A DNA stretch of 64,000 bases from Naegleria gruberi. Lineage: Eukaryota. Under the pieces are notes generated by a model. It made no database searches and was not told where the DNA came from. It saw only the letters and a list, made by a program, of their open reading frames with translations. The DNA is taken from NCBI GenBank assembly GCA_000004985.1, contig GG738885.1; one strand, given 5' to 3'. Shown here in pieces: positions 24,982 through 36,671 of the stretch (position 1 is the first letter of the stretch; every line of letters starts with the position of its first letter). The translations under genes were made by a program, and so were the position numbers.

Positions 24982-27900
24982 ATGACATCATTAGATTGGC
25001 TGCAAGTGAGCGGAATTCGTTCCTTCGATCACACAAGTGGAGCACAAACGATCAAATTCTTCAAGCCTTTGACAATTATTTTGGGAGCCAATGGTGCGGG
25101 AAAGGTTTGTACTAGTAAAATTATATAAATATTAATATTAATATGCGATCAAATATTAAATTATGATAGACGACAATTATTGAATGTTTGAAATGTGCAA
25201 CAACAGGTGAATTGCCACCAAATTGTGATCGTGGTAAATCATTTATACACGATCCCAAAGTTTCGGGTGATTCGGAAGTAAAAGGTCAAATTAGGCTTCA
25301 ATTCAAGTCTGGCAACAAGAAACGATACATCACAGTAAGAAGTTTTCAAGTTTCACAGAAAAAGAAAACAACTCAGTTTAAACAATTGGAGGCTGTACTA
25401 CAGACTAAAGGAGAAGATGGAGAAGTGAAGAGTAATAGTTACAAATGTACAGATATGGATAAATTGATTCCGGAATGTATGGGTGTTAGCAAAGCTATTT
25501 TGGAAAATGTTATATTTTGCCATCAGGAAGAAGTAAATTGGCCACTCAGTGACAGTTTATCTTTAAAGAAAAAGTTGGATGATATTTTCTCTAGTACCAG
25601 ATATTCTAAAGCTTTGGAGGCTATTAAAAAAACAAAGAAAGAGATAGGACAACAACTTTCGGATTATGAAAAGGAATTGGCTGTAGCTGAAACAGAAAAA
25701 TCTCAATCTGTCAAGCTGAAAAAAGAAGCTGAATCAGAAATTGTTAAACTACAAAAATTGAAGGAAAGTATGGAAAAATATGAAACAGAAATGCAAGAAA
25801 TTGGTGATAAGGTATCAAAATATGAAGGCGTTATCGAAAAAATCAATAGCTTGAAACAAAAATTCACTGAGAAGGATACTCAAAAGAAAATGCTTCAAAA
25901 GCAAGTAGCTGAGCTCTATGCCGGTTTGGAACAAGAATTCACTGAGACTGACCAGGAGGTGGAAGATTTTGAGAAAAATTTCAAGAAACAACTCGAGAAC
26001 TTGAACCAGAGCAAGATAACCACCGAAAGCTCACTGAAAACAAATGAAGTAACAAAGAATTCTGTGAACAAGGAATTGAATGGCCTGAATGAAGAATTGG
26101 GAAAGCTCAAGTCCTTTAAGGAAACTCATGAGAGTAAATTAATGGATATCAGTGCTGAAATATTCACTTTAGCTGAGAGATACAAGATTTCTGGATATGA
26201 CCAATTGCCACTTAATGAAAGTCAAATTGACGCATTTTCTAAAGTGATTTCAAAACTTTATGAAGATAACAAGAAAGCTTTTGATACCTTGAAAATGCAA
26301 CACAAGTCAGAAGTCGATCAACTTACTAAGGAAATGAACGTTGCCCACCAAAAGAAGGAAACCGTTCTCAAACAAGTTAAAGTTACAGAGCAACTCAAGA
26401 CGAAATATGAGAGAGAAGAAAAAGATTTGAAAGAAAAACTTAGTAAGATTAATACTAATGCAGCTATTGTTAAGAAGGCAGAAGAAGAATTCCAACAATT
26501 AAAAACAGCACTGAAAGAAAAGCAAGAAAAGAAAGAATCTGAAAGTTTCAAAAATCAAATAGAATCAAATAATAAGCAATCTAAAGAAATCACTCAAAAG
26601 ATTTCCTCCATCAATAAGGAACTCACATCCAGAGAAAAAGAGAAGGAAATTAGTTTCAAGATACAAAATCTGAAGGAAGAACTCACCAAACACAACTCTT
26701 CCCTAGAAGAAAAGCTTCTAGACCTTAAAGGACGTTACGAAACTGTTTTAGGTGTTCAAGAAAATGATGTAACAACAGCCAACATTGAACCAAAGATCAA
26801 AAACCTTATTAAGAAAAGCACGGAACAAGTTAATGCTAAAAACGTTTCTATTCAATCGACAGAGAAGAGCATTTCTGTAACCAAATCTAAACTTGAATCT
26901 ATTACAAACCAGGAAAAGAAGATTAAGAGAGACATTGAAACCAAAGAAAAGAATGTCGAATCAGTGCTTCCTTCTGGTAAGTCTTGGGAAGAGGCTATGA
27001 GTGAAGCTGAAGAAGCTGTTTCTGATTTAAGAAACGAGGTCAGTTTGACAGAGGCTCTCAAAATGTGTTATGAAAACTTTGTAAAGCACGCTCGTACAAA
27101 CCATCAATGTCCTGTTTGTGAAAGAGGCATGAACACAGAAGAATGCTCTACTTTTGAAAGTTTACAAATGACCAAGCTTGAACAAACTCCAAAGTTTCTC
27201 CAAAAGAAGAAAGCCAAGTTAGAAGTGGCTATCCAACAACAAGAAAAGATTAGAGAAATCAAACCAATTATTACAACTATCCAAAACTTGAAGAGTAAGG
27301 ATCTTCCAGATGCAGAAAAAGAACTTGCATCTCTGAATGAAGAAGTACAAAGACTCAACTCTATTGTTTCTAAATTCACACAAGAACTCGATACTCTCAA
27401 GCAAGAAGAAAAGAAAGCCAACGATCTTTTACCTAGTGTTGCTGATTTGAAAATCTTACAATCAGCTATTCGTTCAAGTCAACAACGTTTAACTGAGCAA
27501 GAAAATGAACTCAAAAAACTTGGACTTCCAGAGGATCTTGTACCATACGAAGACTTGAAGCGAAATCTTGAAGAATCCCAAACTTTGAGAGAGAAACTTG
27601 CCCAACAAAATCAAAACTTACAAGTTGAATTGGAGAAAGCCCAGAGTGAGTTAACAAAACTCAATAACGAGGTTCACCAAAAGCAAAATTTATTACAAAA
27701 ATTACAATTTGAATTGAAGGAAATGGAAAGATTAAATGAAAGTCTTGCACAAAAACAAAAAGATTTGCAACAAACAATCACTGATATTGAAAAACAACAA
27801 CAAGATATACCTACCCTTGAAAAGACGGAGCAAAATCTTAACACCTCACTAACAGAATTGAAAGAAAAGCATAGAAAGGAAGAATACATCATGGAAGGTA

Positions 27901-28997
27901 CAGTCACTGAGTATCAACAAGAGCTTTCAAAATTGAATGCCCTGACAATGGAAATTAGGAAGTACAGAGAAAGAAACGTTGAAGACAATCTCAGTACTGT
28001 TCAAATGAAAATTGCCAAACTAGAGGTAAGATTGGAAGAAAATAAGAAGGAATATGAAACCCTTTCCGAGAATCTCAAAAAGTACAACAGCATGCTTGAA
28101 AAGCAAAATGTTATCAAAAAGAATATTGAATCCAATCTCAAATACAGAGCAAAGAAGAAGGAAAATCAACAAGTATCAGATGAATGTGATAAACTCTCTG
28201 CTGAAATTGAAAAAATCACAGGTAGTGATGCATCCTTAGATAGTTACCAAGATATCAAATCCCTCAAAGAGAGACAAACAGAATTATCGAACAAGAGATC
28301 ACAAATATCAGGTGCCAGAAGTACCATAAAGAATAGAGTTAAATCTATTCAAGATGATCTTAACTCTGATCAATACAAGGATATCGATAACAAGCACAAA
28401 TCCTTATTGATCAAACTGGTAACTACCAAGCATGCTGTAGAAGATTTGGATAAATACTCAAAAGCTTTGGAAAAGGCATTGACAAAATACCATAGTATGA
28501 AAATGGCTGAAATTAATGAAATTATCAAAGAACTTTGGCAAAAGACTTACAGAGGTAACGATATTGATACCATTTGCATCAAATGTGATACTGAAACAGA
28601 AAATAGTAGAAAGACTTATAATTACCGAGTTGTAATGGTAAAAGGTGATGTGGAATTGCAAATGAGAGGACGTTCTTCTGCTGGTCAAAAAGTATTGGCC
28701 TGTTTGATTATTAGATTAGCTCTTGCTGAAGCATTCAGTATTGACTGTGGTATTTTGGCTCTTGACGAACCAACAACTAATCTGGATTTGGACAATATTA
28801 ACAGTTTGGCCGAATCTTTACGATTCCTGATTGAAGATAGAAGAAAATTGTCAAACTTCCAACTCATTGTCATTACTCACGACGAAGAGTTTGTGAAAAA
28901 GCTTGGAAGAGCAGAATTTGTGGAAAATTACTATAGAATTTCTAAGGATCCAAGAAATGGAGGTTCCATGATTGAACAACAAAAGATTGCTGAATAA
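24982..28997 (+). CDS. RAD50: DNA repair protein RAD50. Exons 24982..25104 and 25170..28997; 65-nt intron.
   Basis: Exon 1 ends in Walker A ILGANGAGK|. Exon 2 starts TTIIECLKCATTGELPPN. Long coiled coil with zinc hook NHQCPVCERGM. C-terminal signature/Walker B/D-loop (SAGQKVLACLIIRLALAEAF, LALDEPTTNLD). About 1316 aa in total. Confidence 0.95.
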
Positions 28998-29341
28998 TTT
29001 GTAAATAGTTGTACTAGTACTTGTTAACTTATTGGAAAATAAAAATGATTCCTCAATACTATGTACAACAGTACCCTCACCAAGTTAGAAGATTCCACCA
29101 TCACATCATTAGATATTTATCTTCATTGATTTCATGTATCACACATTAATACAACAATAAGATTGATGGAAATCGGCGCGACTTTTTCAATTCAAAAATC
29201 TGGCGAATACAAAGTCCCTCCTCAGTTATAGAAATCCTTTTTAGTCTTTCAAACTTCTCAAACCTAAAAACAGCCCACAACAAGATCAAACAACAAGAAC
29301 ACATTGAAGCTGCTATAAATTCTTCTTCTTTTAAAAAACAA

Positions 29342-30217
29342 ATGATCAACGACTTTTACTCTTCAAATCAATTCAATAGAGGGGTGGCAACACAGATCAG
29401 CGTTGCTACTAATGCTAATAACAACAATTTTGGGTATTCTGGTTTCAGATCATCGGTTCCTTCCTCAATATTTAGTCACAATGTGAGTCAGGCATTAGAT
29501 AGTAAGACATGTCCTATTGGTCAATCTCAAATAGTACAAGAATTAACTCTGCTCCATTCACTACTCGTCCAATATTTGAAAAACAATACTTCACCAACAT
29601 CGTCAACATGTTCTTCCAATAATAGTGTATGTTTCACCACACCAACAAAATATTCAATTGGGAGTGATTCAATGAATTTTGCATGTGGTAATAGATTCAC
29701 ATCCAGTTCTTATTCATCTGAGTCATCCATTTCCAATCCACTCCTAATGAGCAGTAGTAGTGCTACTTCACCATATGGTGGATGTTCAAGTCCTGTCAGA
29801 TCATCCATTGCAACAACTTCATTCTCTTCACCGACACACATCCAACGAACATTTAGCAATTCGAATTTCCAATCATTTTCATCAACACCACTCAGTTCCA
29901 TGAGTGAATACGAGGAGAGAATTTCCAAACTAGAACAATTAGTCAAACAAATTCTCAGTTTAATTTATAGAGGCGATTATAAATCACCAGCAACAGATAA
30001 CAAGTCAAGCTCACAAGTTGTTAAACTTGATTCTACTAACTCAATCAAACAATTACTAACCAGTAAAATTAAGGAAACCTATCAATTAGATATGGAACCT
30101 CTCAAACAAATAGTTGCCTCAGTTGTTCATCATGAACCAAAACGATTAAATATGGGATATGATATCATCTTCCAAATGAAAACTGAGTTGACGTATTTAA
30201 GTCAATTGTGTAAATAA
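29342..30217 (+). CDS. Hypothetical Ser/Thr/Asn-rich protein (291 aa).
   Basis: ORF with ATG at 29342 filling the gap between RAD50 and the dephospho-CoA kinase gene. Low-complexity composition, so modest confidence. Confidence 0.4.
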   Translation: MINDFYSSNQFNRGVATQISVATNANNNNFGYSGFRSSVPSSIFSHNVSQALDSKTCPIGQSQIVQELTLLHSLLVQYLKNNTSPTSSTCSSNNSVCFTTPTKYSIGSDSMNFACGNRFTSSSYSSESSISNPLLMSSSSATSPYGGCSSPVRSSIATTSFSSPTHIQRTFSNSNFQSFSSTPLSSMSEYEERISKLEQLVKQILSLIYRGDYKSPATDNKSSSQVVKLDSTNSIKQLLTSKIKETYQLDMEPLKQIVASVVHHEPKRLNMGYDIIFQMKTELTYLSQLCK

Positions 30218-30222
30218 ACAAT

Positions 30223-31138
30223 TTAATTAAATAAGAATTTCAAAATGAATCCACAAATAATTATTCCAATAGCGATCAGAAAAACCTTCAATCCAAATGT
30301 AGAAGCATGTTTGGCACATCTATCCACAACTTTGAAAGTTTCCTCTTTCAAATATGTCTTATCTTTACAATTGTCAATTACAAAATTACTTCTTCTAGCT
30401 TTCTCTTCAACTGGAAGTTGAGATTTAATTCTTTGCAAAGCTTCCTCTTCACTATATCCATTTCTACTCATTAGCCATTGTAACTGTCTTTCATCTGATG
30501 TTTTAATACAAACTATTGTCGAAACAATATATTTAAAAACTTTGGTTTCGAATAAAAGAGGTAATTCCACAAAACACAAAGTTTCCTTTCCAATTCTTGT
30601 CATGGATTTGAAAAATTCTTTAAATATTCTAAACATTATTTCTTTAAATATCTCCATATGTGTGGCTGAATTAATCATTTTCCTAACCTTAACATCTTCC
30701 ACAAATCAACTCAACTCAATCCACAATTTACCTACCTTTAAAAACAGCAGCACTCAACTTGGCTCTATCAATTGTTTTCCCATCATGATTGAAAATATCA
30801 ACTCTCTCCCCTGTTTCACTATCCAAATAACTTTCAAAAAACAATTTTACAGTTTTGTAACATTTAGATTCGGGTGAGTAGATGGAGTGAGCAATTTCAT
30901 CACTATCAATAATGACAACATGATATTGATCGGAATAAATTTCACCATATTCCCTCAAATATTGTGTTATAGTTGTCTGTATATTCATCATGTAAATAAT
31001 TACAACAATTAATTGTTGATATTAATAGTAATTTACCTTTCCTAAATATTCCGAAATTAAATAAATTGTTGTTGATCAAATGATGCTTGTTTCTTACCTA
31101 CCACATGATATTCCTCCAGTAACACCAATTAATTTCAT
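30223..31138 (-). CDS. Dephospho-CoA kinase with C-terminal TM tail. Four exons: 31138..31102, 31041..31037 (5-nt micro-exon), 30976..30736, 30695..30223.
   Basis: After splicing the P-loop reads MKLIGVTGGISC-G-K-TTITQYL (GxxxxGKT). HVVIIDSDEIAHSIYSPESKCYKTVKLFFESYL...DGKTIDRAKLSAAVFKD and FVELPLLFETKVF...LMSRNGYSEEEALQRIKSQLPVEEKARRSNFVIDN are collinear with CoaE. Hydrophobic C-terminus LIAIGIIICGFILKFLF. Confidence 0.8.
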
Positions 31139-31423
31139 TTTTTCAAATTATTAAAAACAGAACTATTTCTAAATTTTTTCTAAAGTCTTTGAAATTGAAT
31201 TCACAAATAGTAATCCATCCTGGGTGCTGATTAGAGTTTATTAGATTCATGCAAAAATCTAAGTGTCTTGTGTTAAATCTATCAGGTTTGAATGTGTTCA
31301 ATCTTCCTAGTATCTTAATTATCTTAATGCCAAATTATTCTCTCTCTTGACGTATCGGAAAGTGTTTGATTGTAATTGAATCGGTCAATCTTGTTTACAA
31401 TAAACAAATAAATAATAAAAAAA

Positions 31424-32521
31424 ATGGAAGAAGAACTGCCAGCCATTGTACTCGATATAGGATCAGCATTTACAAAAGCTGGATTTGCAGGTGATGATTA
31501 TCCACGTGGATCCGAACCAATGCCCACACTCGTTGGTCTTCCAAAGTCTAGTGTTGGAGTGCAGGAGACTGCTGGAGATGTGGCCTTCCTCAGACGTTAT
31601 CAATTTAGAATAGTTCATCCAGTGAAAAGAGGTTTAATTCAGGATTGGGATTGTTTGGAGAAATTATTATATTATTCATATTGGACATGGTTGAGATCAC
31701 ATCCGAAAACTTATGGTGTGTTGTGGAGTGAATCAAGTTTGAAATTGGATAGAAAAAAGATTACTCAATTGATGTTTGAAAAGTTTGAAGTACCTGCTTT
31801 TCATTTGGTCAATCAAGGAGTTTTGGCATTGATGGCAACTGGACGAACGAATGGAATAGTTTTGGAGGTAGGAGATGGATGTTCACAATCTATTCCAGTT
31901 GTGGAAGGGTATGCATTGAGACATGCAATAATGGAAGTGGATTTTGCTGGATACGATTTGACAAGGTATTGGATGGAGAGTGTTGGAGCTAGTTCTGAAT
32001 TTGCAAGTGACACAATTTTAAACCATGATGTTATGCGAATAATGAAAGAAAAATTGTGTCATGTTGCTTTGGATTATGAATCGAGTAAGAATGATACTTC
32101 AGTAGTGGAATATGAATTACCTGATGGAAGTATAATTAAAGCAGGTAATGAGCGATTCAAATGTGCAGAATTACTCTTTCAACCACACCTTATTGGATTG
32201 GATATTTTGGGAATTCACGAGTCTGTCATTACTTCAATCAGAAAGTGTGATATTGATTGTAGGAAACTCATGTTTAATAATATTATTCTATCAGGTGGGT
32301 CAACATTGATGAAGGGTATTGTTGAGAGATTGAGAAATGAATTGGTTGAATCGACTTCTTCATGTACTAAAATTGCTGTAAAAGATGTTCCAGAAAGAAG
32401 ATTTCTACCATGGATCGGAGGTTCTATTGCTGCTTCCTTATCCACTTTTCAATCACTGGCTATCTCAGCAACAGAATTTGCCGAAGCTGGAAGTAACATC
32501 TTGTACAGAAAGTACCAGTGA
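31424..32521 (+). CDS. Actin-related protein (divergent Arp; subfamily not assigned).
   Basis: Actin-fold motifs: IVLDIGSAFTKAGFAGDDYP (phosphate-1), VPAFHLVNQGVLALMATGRTNGIVLEVGDGCSQ, YELPDGSIIKAGNERFKCAELLFQP, ILSGGSTLMKGIVERL...WIGGSIAASLSTFQ. Single 365-codon exon. Confidence 0.8.
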   Translation: MEEELPAIVLDIGSAFTKAGFAGDDYPRGSEPMPTLVGLPKSSVGVQETAGDVAFLRRYQFRIVHPVKRGLIQDWDCLEKLLYYSYWTWLRSHPKTYGVLWSESSLKLDRKKITQLMFEKFEVPAFHLVNQGVLALMATGRTNGIVLEVGDGCSQSIPVVEGYALRHAIMEVDFAGYDLTRYWMESVGASSEFASDTILNHDVMRIMKEKLCHVALDYESSKNDTSVVEYELPDGSIIKAGNERFKCAELLFQPHLIGLDILGIHESVITSIRKCDIDCRKLMFNNIILSGGSTLMKGIVERLRNELVESTSSCTKIAVKDVPERRFLPWIGGSIAASLSTFQSLAISATEFAEAGSNILYRKYQ

Positions 32522-32802
32522 GATTTTGACAGACAAAAGTTTCCTCCTATGCCTACAATTAAAATACCAATCATTCCATTGGTAAATTCTATTTGGATGA
32601 AGTGAAAGAATGTGATATGAATCTTTTAGGCAATCAAATGGTACATTTTACAACACTTTAAGAGTTATCAAGAAGTTGGTTATAATTTTGAATCCATTCC
32701 ATATTTAATTGTTGATGTTCCATCAGATTTAATTCAAATTCAATCGAATTATAATTTAAAAGCAACATTAAAAAACAAGTTAGTGATGGTTACTGTACAA
32801 AC

Positions 32803-35800
32803 TTATTGCAAAATCTTTATTTGAAGTGTTTGAGCCAATAAAAGTCTCAATTCAGAAAGTGTTAACAGCTTTGTTTGAGTGTCGTTGCTTATATTTTCTT
32901 TGAACTCAAATTCCATATATTCAACATGTTCCATTACTGAAAGTAATTCAGTGTACTGAAGTAATGTCAAATTGATGGACATTAATAATTCCATTTTAAG
33001 TTCAGAGTTGGGAATTTCGGAGAGAGTGGAAGGTAACAAGTGGGCATTAGCTTCACAATTATCGAGTATCTTAAAGAAGGAAGAGATCCATTGAATTTCT
33101 GGCATTTCAATCATGAAAGAATATTCCTCAAGACCATAATGCACATATCTCAAGTTTTGAGTTGTGCTTATCTTGTCTCTTATCACATCTTCCAGTTCAT
33201 CCATATTACCTGATTTGTAAACATGATAAATACCAGCAGCAAAATTATGTTCAGCAATATATGCCAGTCCTAATTTCAAGTGAAGTTTACCGCAAACAGT
33301 CTTAGCAAATGGTGTATCCTTAACATATCTGTAAATCTTATCAATTTGATTTTCGTTTGTAATATGAATATTCAAAATAATATTGGTAATAATATCTTGA
33401 ATTTGCTTTTGAGATTCGTCATCATAATAAGAAAGATAATCAACAGCAATCTTCCAAAGATCGTTTTCCAAGTTTTCGCATGGATTGGTATCAATCAATT
33501 TTTGATAATAAGGAAGTAACTCTTCAATAACATATAATTTGATTGCTTCGTTTTTGAAAATATGCAAACTTTCAAGATAACTATTGGCATTGGTTGCAGT
33601 ATAAATCCTTTGATAAAGGAAATTGATATGGTAGAAGAAAGTAGCAATATGTGACATGAACCAGTGGTATTTGAAAAATTCTTGGTTTTGATTTGATAAA
33701 GCCAAACCTTGATCAATATTCTTCAACGTGTCCTCCAAATTATCACCAAAAACAATCAAACCAATAGCTTCAAGAACAAGACTTGGTTCATCCTCTTTAA
33801 GATTTTTGGCATGAACAGCCAAATCAATAATTTCATTGATATCAGCAAAATGTTGATACTTATATAATGCCAAACCAATAAGAATTTCAATCCAGTTTTC
33901 AGAGACATCTGTGATGATATTTTCATTTCCAATAAGTATTTCAATGCAAGTGTTAAGGAATGCAAATTCATCAGATCCATCATCTTGACCTTGTAATTCC
34001 TTTTTAAGCTTAAGGACTAACCTCTTCCAAACTTGCATTTCATCAAGATATTCTTCGAATGTAGCTGATATCGAAGAGTAATTAACTACATTAGGACGTT
34101 TAGATAAAATTTCCAAGAATGCTGTATATAAATCATGTAATTTCCTTGGCATTGTCTTTAACTCTGCACTCTTTTGTTGCTTGATAGCTTCAACAACTTT
34201 AGATGAATGCTCACCAATAACCAAAAGTCTGTAAAGATTTTGATCTAACTCACTTTCCCTACTGAAACAGACAGAACTTCTAATGTACCATTTTACAAGT
34301 TTTTGAAGTAAACCTCCTCTGCAGAATCTGTTAAAATAAAATATATCAACAGCAGAGAATATATCAAAATAGGTACCAAATTGTTTAAGTTCCCCAATAC
34401 CTTGGTAGATGATTGATTTGAATTGGGAAATAGTTTTTTCCAAAATATTCTTATCTAGTTTGTCCTCTAGGAAAGCATCTTGCATATAAAGGAACATTTC
34501 TGCAGATTCGTGCAAAATCTTCCACCATAAATCTTCTTTAGATAAAGAGGAATTAGAGTTTGGAGTAAATTCCAAATATTCAGGATTATAAGAGTCGTTA
34601 TCTTCCTCCATAGCTGTATTATTAGAAAGGATTGATCTTTGATAAACTGATTGTGTTGGTGGTGATTTAGCGTTCAAAGGACTGTTCGAAATACTGAATA
34701 TAGTGTCGTTATGATCTGTTGTCTTTTCCAAATATTTGGCAAATGGTGATACTCCATTAGTGCTTGATTCAAAAGAGTCATTATTGAAAGGAACAGAGCC
34801 CTGGATTGGTGCTGTTCTGTTCAAGTCTACAACTTGGCTTGGTTTTGATTGAAATGCTGGCCTATTCATCGCAAACTTGTCTTCTTCTAAAACCAATGGA
34901 TCGTTATCGAGTAAATCTTCTTCATCAACCTTCTTTTTAAAATCAAACTTTGAGCCAGCTTTAACATATGACACTGTGTTTGGTGGTTTTTTGCTTCTTA
35001 CTGCCTTAGGTGTGGAGGTGATTGATGTTATTGGTTGTTCATCATCTTCCATATCTTCATAGGTTTTGGAAATTTGAGGATTCATTGGGAAGTTAATGAC
35101 TGGAGCAGTGGTTTCAGATTTGTTATTGAATCCAAATGAAGGGAAGGATTGTGGTTCGCTTGAAGTATTTCCAAACGAAAAGGAGGTTGGTGCTTTGGTT
35201 GGCACTGGTTCTGAACTACTCTCATCGCTACTGCTACTATCATCATCGTTGTTTGTTGCAAGCTTTCCAAATGAAAATGGAACAGCTCCTTTTCCCAATG
35301 ATGTATTACCTGGATTAAAGCCAGTACTAGAACTGGATGAAGAGCCACTTCCAGGATTAAATCCAAAAGATAAAACTTGACCAGTTCCAGGATTAAATCC
35401 ACCAACTGATTCTTTTGGCTTTTCAGGTTCTGAAGGTTTTGCAAAATTGAATGAACCAGTTGTAGGCTCTGTAGTTGTACTTGATCCAAAATTGAATGAA
35501 AATGGTTTTGTTGTAGATTCTTCTTGTGTAAATCCAAATGAAAGAGTGTTTCCGGTATTGGATTTAGCAGCCTCCTTTTCTGTAGTTGAACCCAAGGAAA
35601 ATGGCTTTGGTACTGATGCTGGCTCTGAGCTACTCTCATCGCTACTGCTACTATCATCATCGTTGTTTGTTGCAAGTTTTCCAAATGAAAATGGAACAGC
35701 ACCTTTTCCTAATGAAGTATTACCTGGATTAAAGCCAGTATTAGAACTGGAAGATCCGCTTCCAGGGTTGAACCCAAAAGATAAAACTTGACTAGCTCCA

Positions 35801-36381
35801 GGATTAAATCCTCCAATTGATTCCTTTGGTTTTTCTTGTTCCTTTGTTTGTCCAAATGAAAATGGTTTTGGTTCAGTATTGCCAGTAGTTGTTGTTCCAA
35901 AAGTAAATCCTTTTGATGAATCAAATGTATCTTTTGGTTGTTCTGTTGATGTATTAGTAGTTTCACTAGTTTTAGTACTCGCCAATGCTCCGAATGAAAA
36001 AGGTACAGAACCAGTTCCAAGTGATGTTTGTCCTGGGTTAAAACCCGAAGATGAAGAACTTCCACTACCAGGATTAAATGCAAAACCTCCACTGCTACTA
36101 GTTCCACCAAAATTGGGTTTTGTTGTGACTGGTGTAGTGAAAGAAAAGCCTCCTTTTGTTTCCTTTACACTAGAGGTTCCTTCCAAAGCAGATGATCCTT
36201 CACTTGAATCCTTTTCCACTAAATTATCCTCGCTCTTTTCAGGTTCATCGGTAGGCTTATTAAAGACAAAATTAACTGGTTTTGAAGGCATATCCACAAG
36301 GATTGGTGGTGTTGTTGTTGTAGGTGTATCATTTTGTGTTTCCTTTGTTGCACGAACTTGAAAAGTCGAAAGAAAACCCAT
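32803..36381 (-). CDS. FG-repeat nucleoporin-like protein: N-terminal FG/FSFG/GFNPG repeats, C-terminal about 570-aa alpha-helical domain.
   Basis: Dozens of FG motifs in a Ser/Thr/Gly-rich N-terminal 600 aa (PFSFG, SFGF, GFNPG, FNFG). Helical C-terminal half. Start taken at first ATG (36381) inside the ORF, which opens at 36417. Confidence 0.75.
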   Translation of the reverse strand: MGFLSTFQVRATKETQNDTPTTTTPPILVDMPSKPVNFVFNKPTDEPEKSEDNLVEKDSSEGSSALEGTSSVKETKGGFSFTTPVTTKPNFGGTSSSGGFAFNPGSGSSSSSGFNPGQTSLGTGSVPFSFGALASTKTSETTNTSTEQPKDTFDSSKGFTFGTTTTGNTEPKPFSFGQTKEQEKPKESIGGFNPGASQVLSFGFNPGSGSSSSNTGFNPGNTSLGKGAVPFSFGKLATNNDDDSSSSDESSSEPASVPKPFSLGSTTEKEAAKSNTGNTLSFGFTQEESTTKPFSFNFGSSTTTEPTTGSFNFAKPSEPEKPKESVGGFNPGTGQVLSFGFNPGSGSSSSSSTGFNPGNTSLGKGAVPFSFGKLATNNDDDSSSSDESSSEPVPTKAPTSFSFGNTSSEPQSFPSFGFNNKSETTAPVINFPMNPQISKTYEDMEDDEQPITSITSTPKAVRSKKPPNTVSYVKAGSKFDFKKKVDEEDLLDNDPLVLEEDKFAMNRPAFQSKPSQVVDLNRTAPIQGSVPFNNDSFESSTNGVSPFAKYLEKTTDHNDTIFSISNSPLNAKSPPTQSVYQRSILSNNTAMEEDNDSYNPEYLEFTPNSNSSLSKEDLWWKILHESAEMFLYMQDAFLEDKLDKNILEKTISQFKSIIYQGIGELKQFGTYFDIFSAVDIFYFNRFCRGGLLQKLVKWYIRSSVCFSRESELDQNLYRLLVIGEHSSKVVEAIKQQKSAELKTMPRKLHDLYTAFLEILSKRPNVVNYSSISATFEEYLDEMQVWKRLVLKLKKELQGQDDGSDEFAFLNTCIEILIGNENIITDVSENWIEILIGLALYKYQHFADINEIIDLAVHAKNLKEDEPSLVLEAIGLIVFGDNLEDTLKNIDQGLALSNQNQEFFKYHWFMSHIATFFYHINFLYQRIYTATNANSYLESLHIFKNEAIKLYVIEELLPYYQKLIDTNPCENLENDLWKIAVDYLSYYDDESQKQIQDIITNIILNIHITNENQIDKIYRYVKDTPFAKTVCGKLHLKLGLAYIAEHNFAAGIYHVYKSGNMDELEDVIRDKISTTQNLRYVHYGLEEYSFMIEMPEIQWISSFFKILDNCEANAHLLPSTLSEIPNSELKMELLMSINLTLLQYTELLSVMEHVEYMEFEFKENISNDTQTKLLTLSELRLLLAQTLQIKILQ
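35205..35835 (-). repeat. Intragenic tandem duplication: two about 215-nt units (about 35205..35420 and 35620..35835, about 90 % identical; period 414 nt) inside the FG-nucleoporin gene.
   Basis: Nucleotide blocks ...gctactgctactatcatcatcgttgtttgttgcaag...ccaaaagataaaacttgac... occur twice. At protein level KESxGGFNPGxxQVLSFGFNPGSGSSSS..TGFNPGNTSLGKGAVPFSFGKLATNNDDDSSSSDESSSEP occurs twice. Antisense ORFs 35096..35380 and 35447..35791 mirror the duplication. Confidence 0.85.
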
Positions 36382-36671
36382 AATGTCATTGGCTCCCTCC
36401 TTTCTGTTATTGTTCAAAATTGTTCAATAATAAATTATCATCATGATTGTGATGGAAATTGTTGTGGTGAATAAATTTTATTATTAAAATCACCTACCCG
36501 AAAAGTCCTGACATTTTTTTCTTTAAATTCTTGAAGTTTATTCAAATATTAATAACAATACAACACTATGTAATATGTTTCATCACAACACTGTAATAAT
36601 TAAATCCTTGTTTTCCACATGGAAAAACAACTTTTCTTATTAATTGAAGAAGCAAATAATTGAAAGAAAAA

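Noticed and set aside
26307-27907. Several 60-105-codon ORFs antisense to RAD50 (and similar ones antisense to the coiled-coil gene at 20252..20512 and the nucleoporin gene at 33280..33983).
   Set aside because: They lie opposite long, confidently assigned coding regions and are composed of low-complexity Ser/Phe/Leu codons. This is typical of the mirror strand of Lys/Glu-rich coiled-coil coding sequence, and there is no independent support.
35096-35791. Repeated units that might superficially suggest a CRISPR-like or minisatellite array.
   Set aside because: Only two units, about 215 nt long, 414-nt period, and entirely inside a eukaryotic FG-repeat coding region with the frame maintained. 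This is a coding tandem duplication, not CRISPR.
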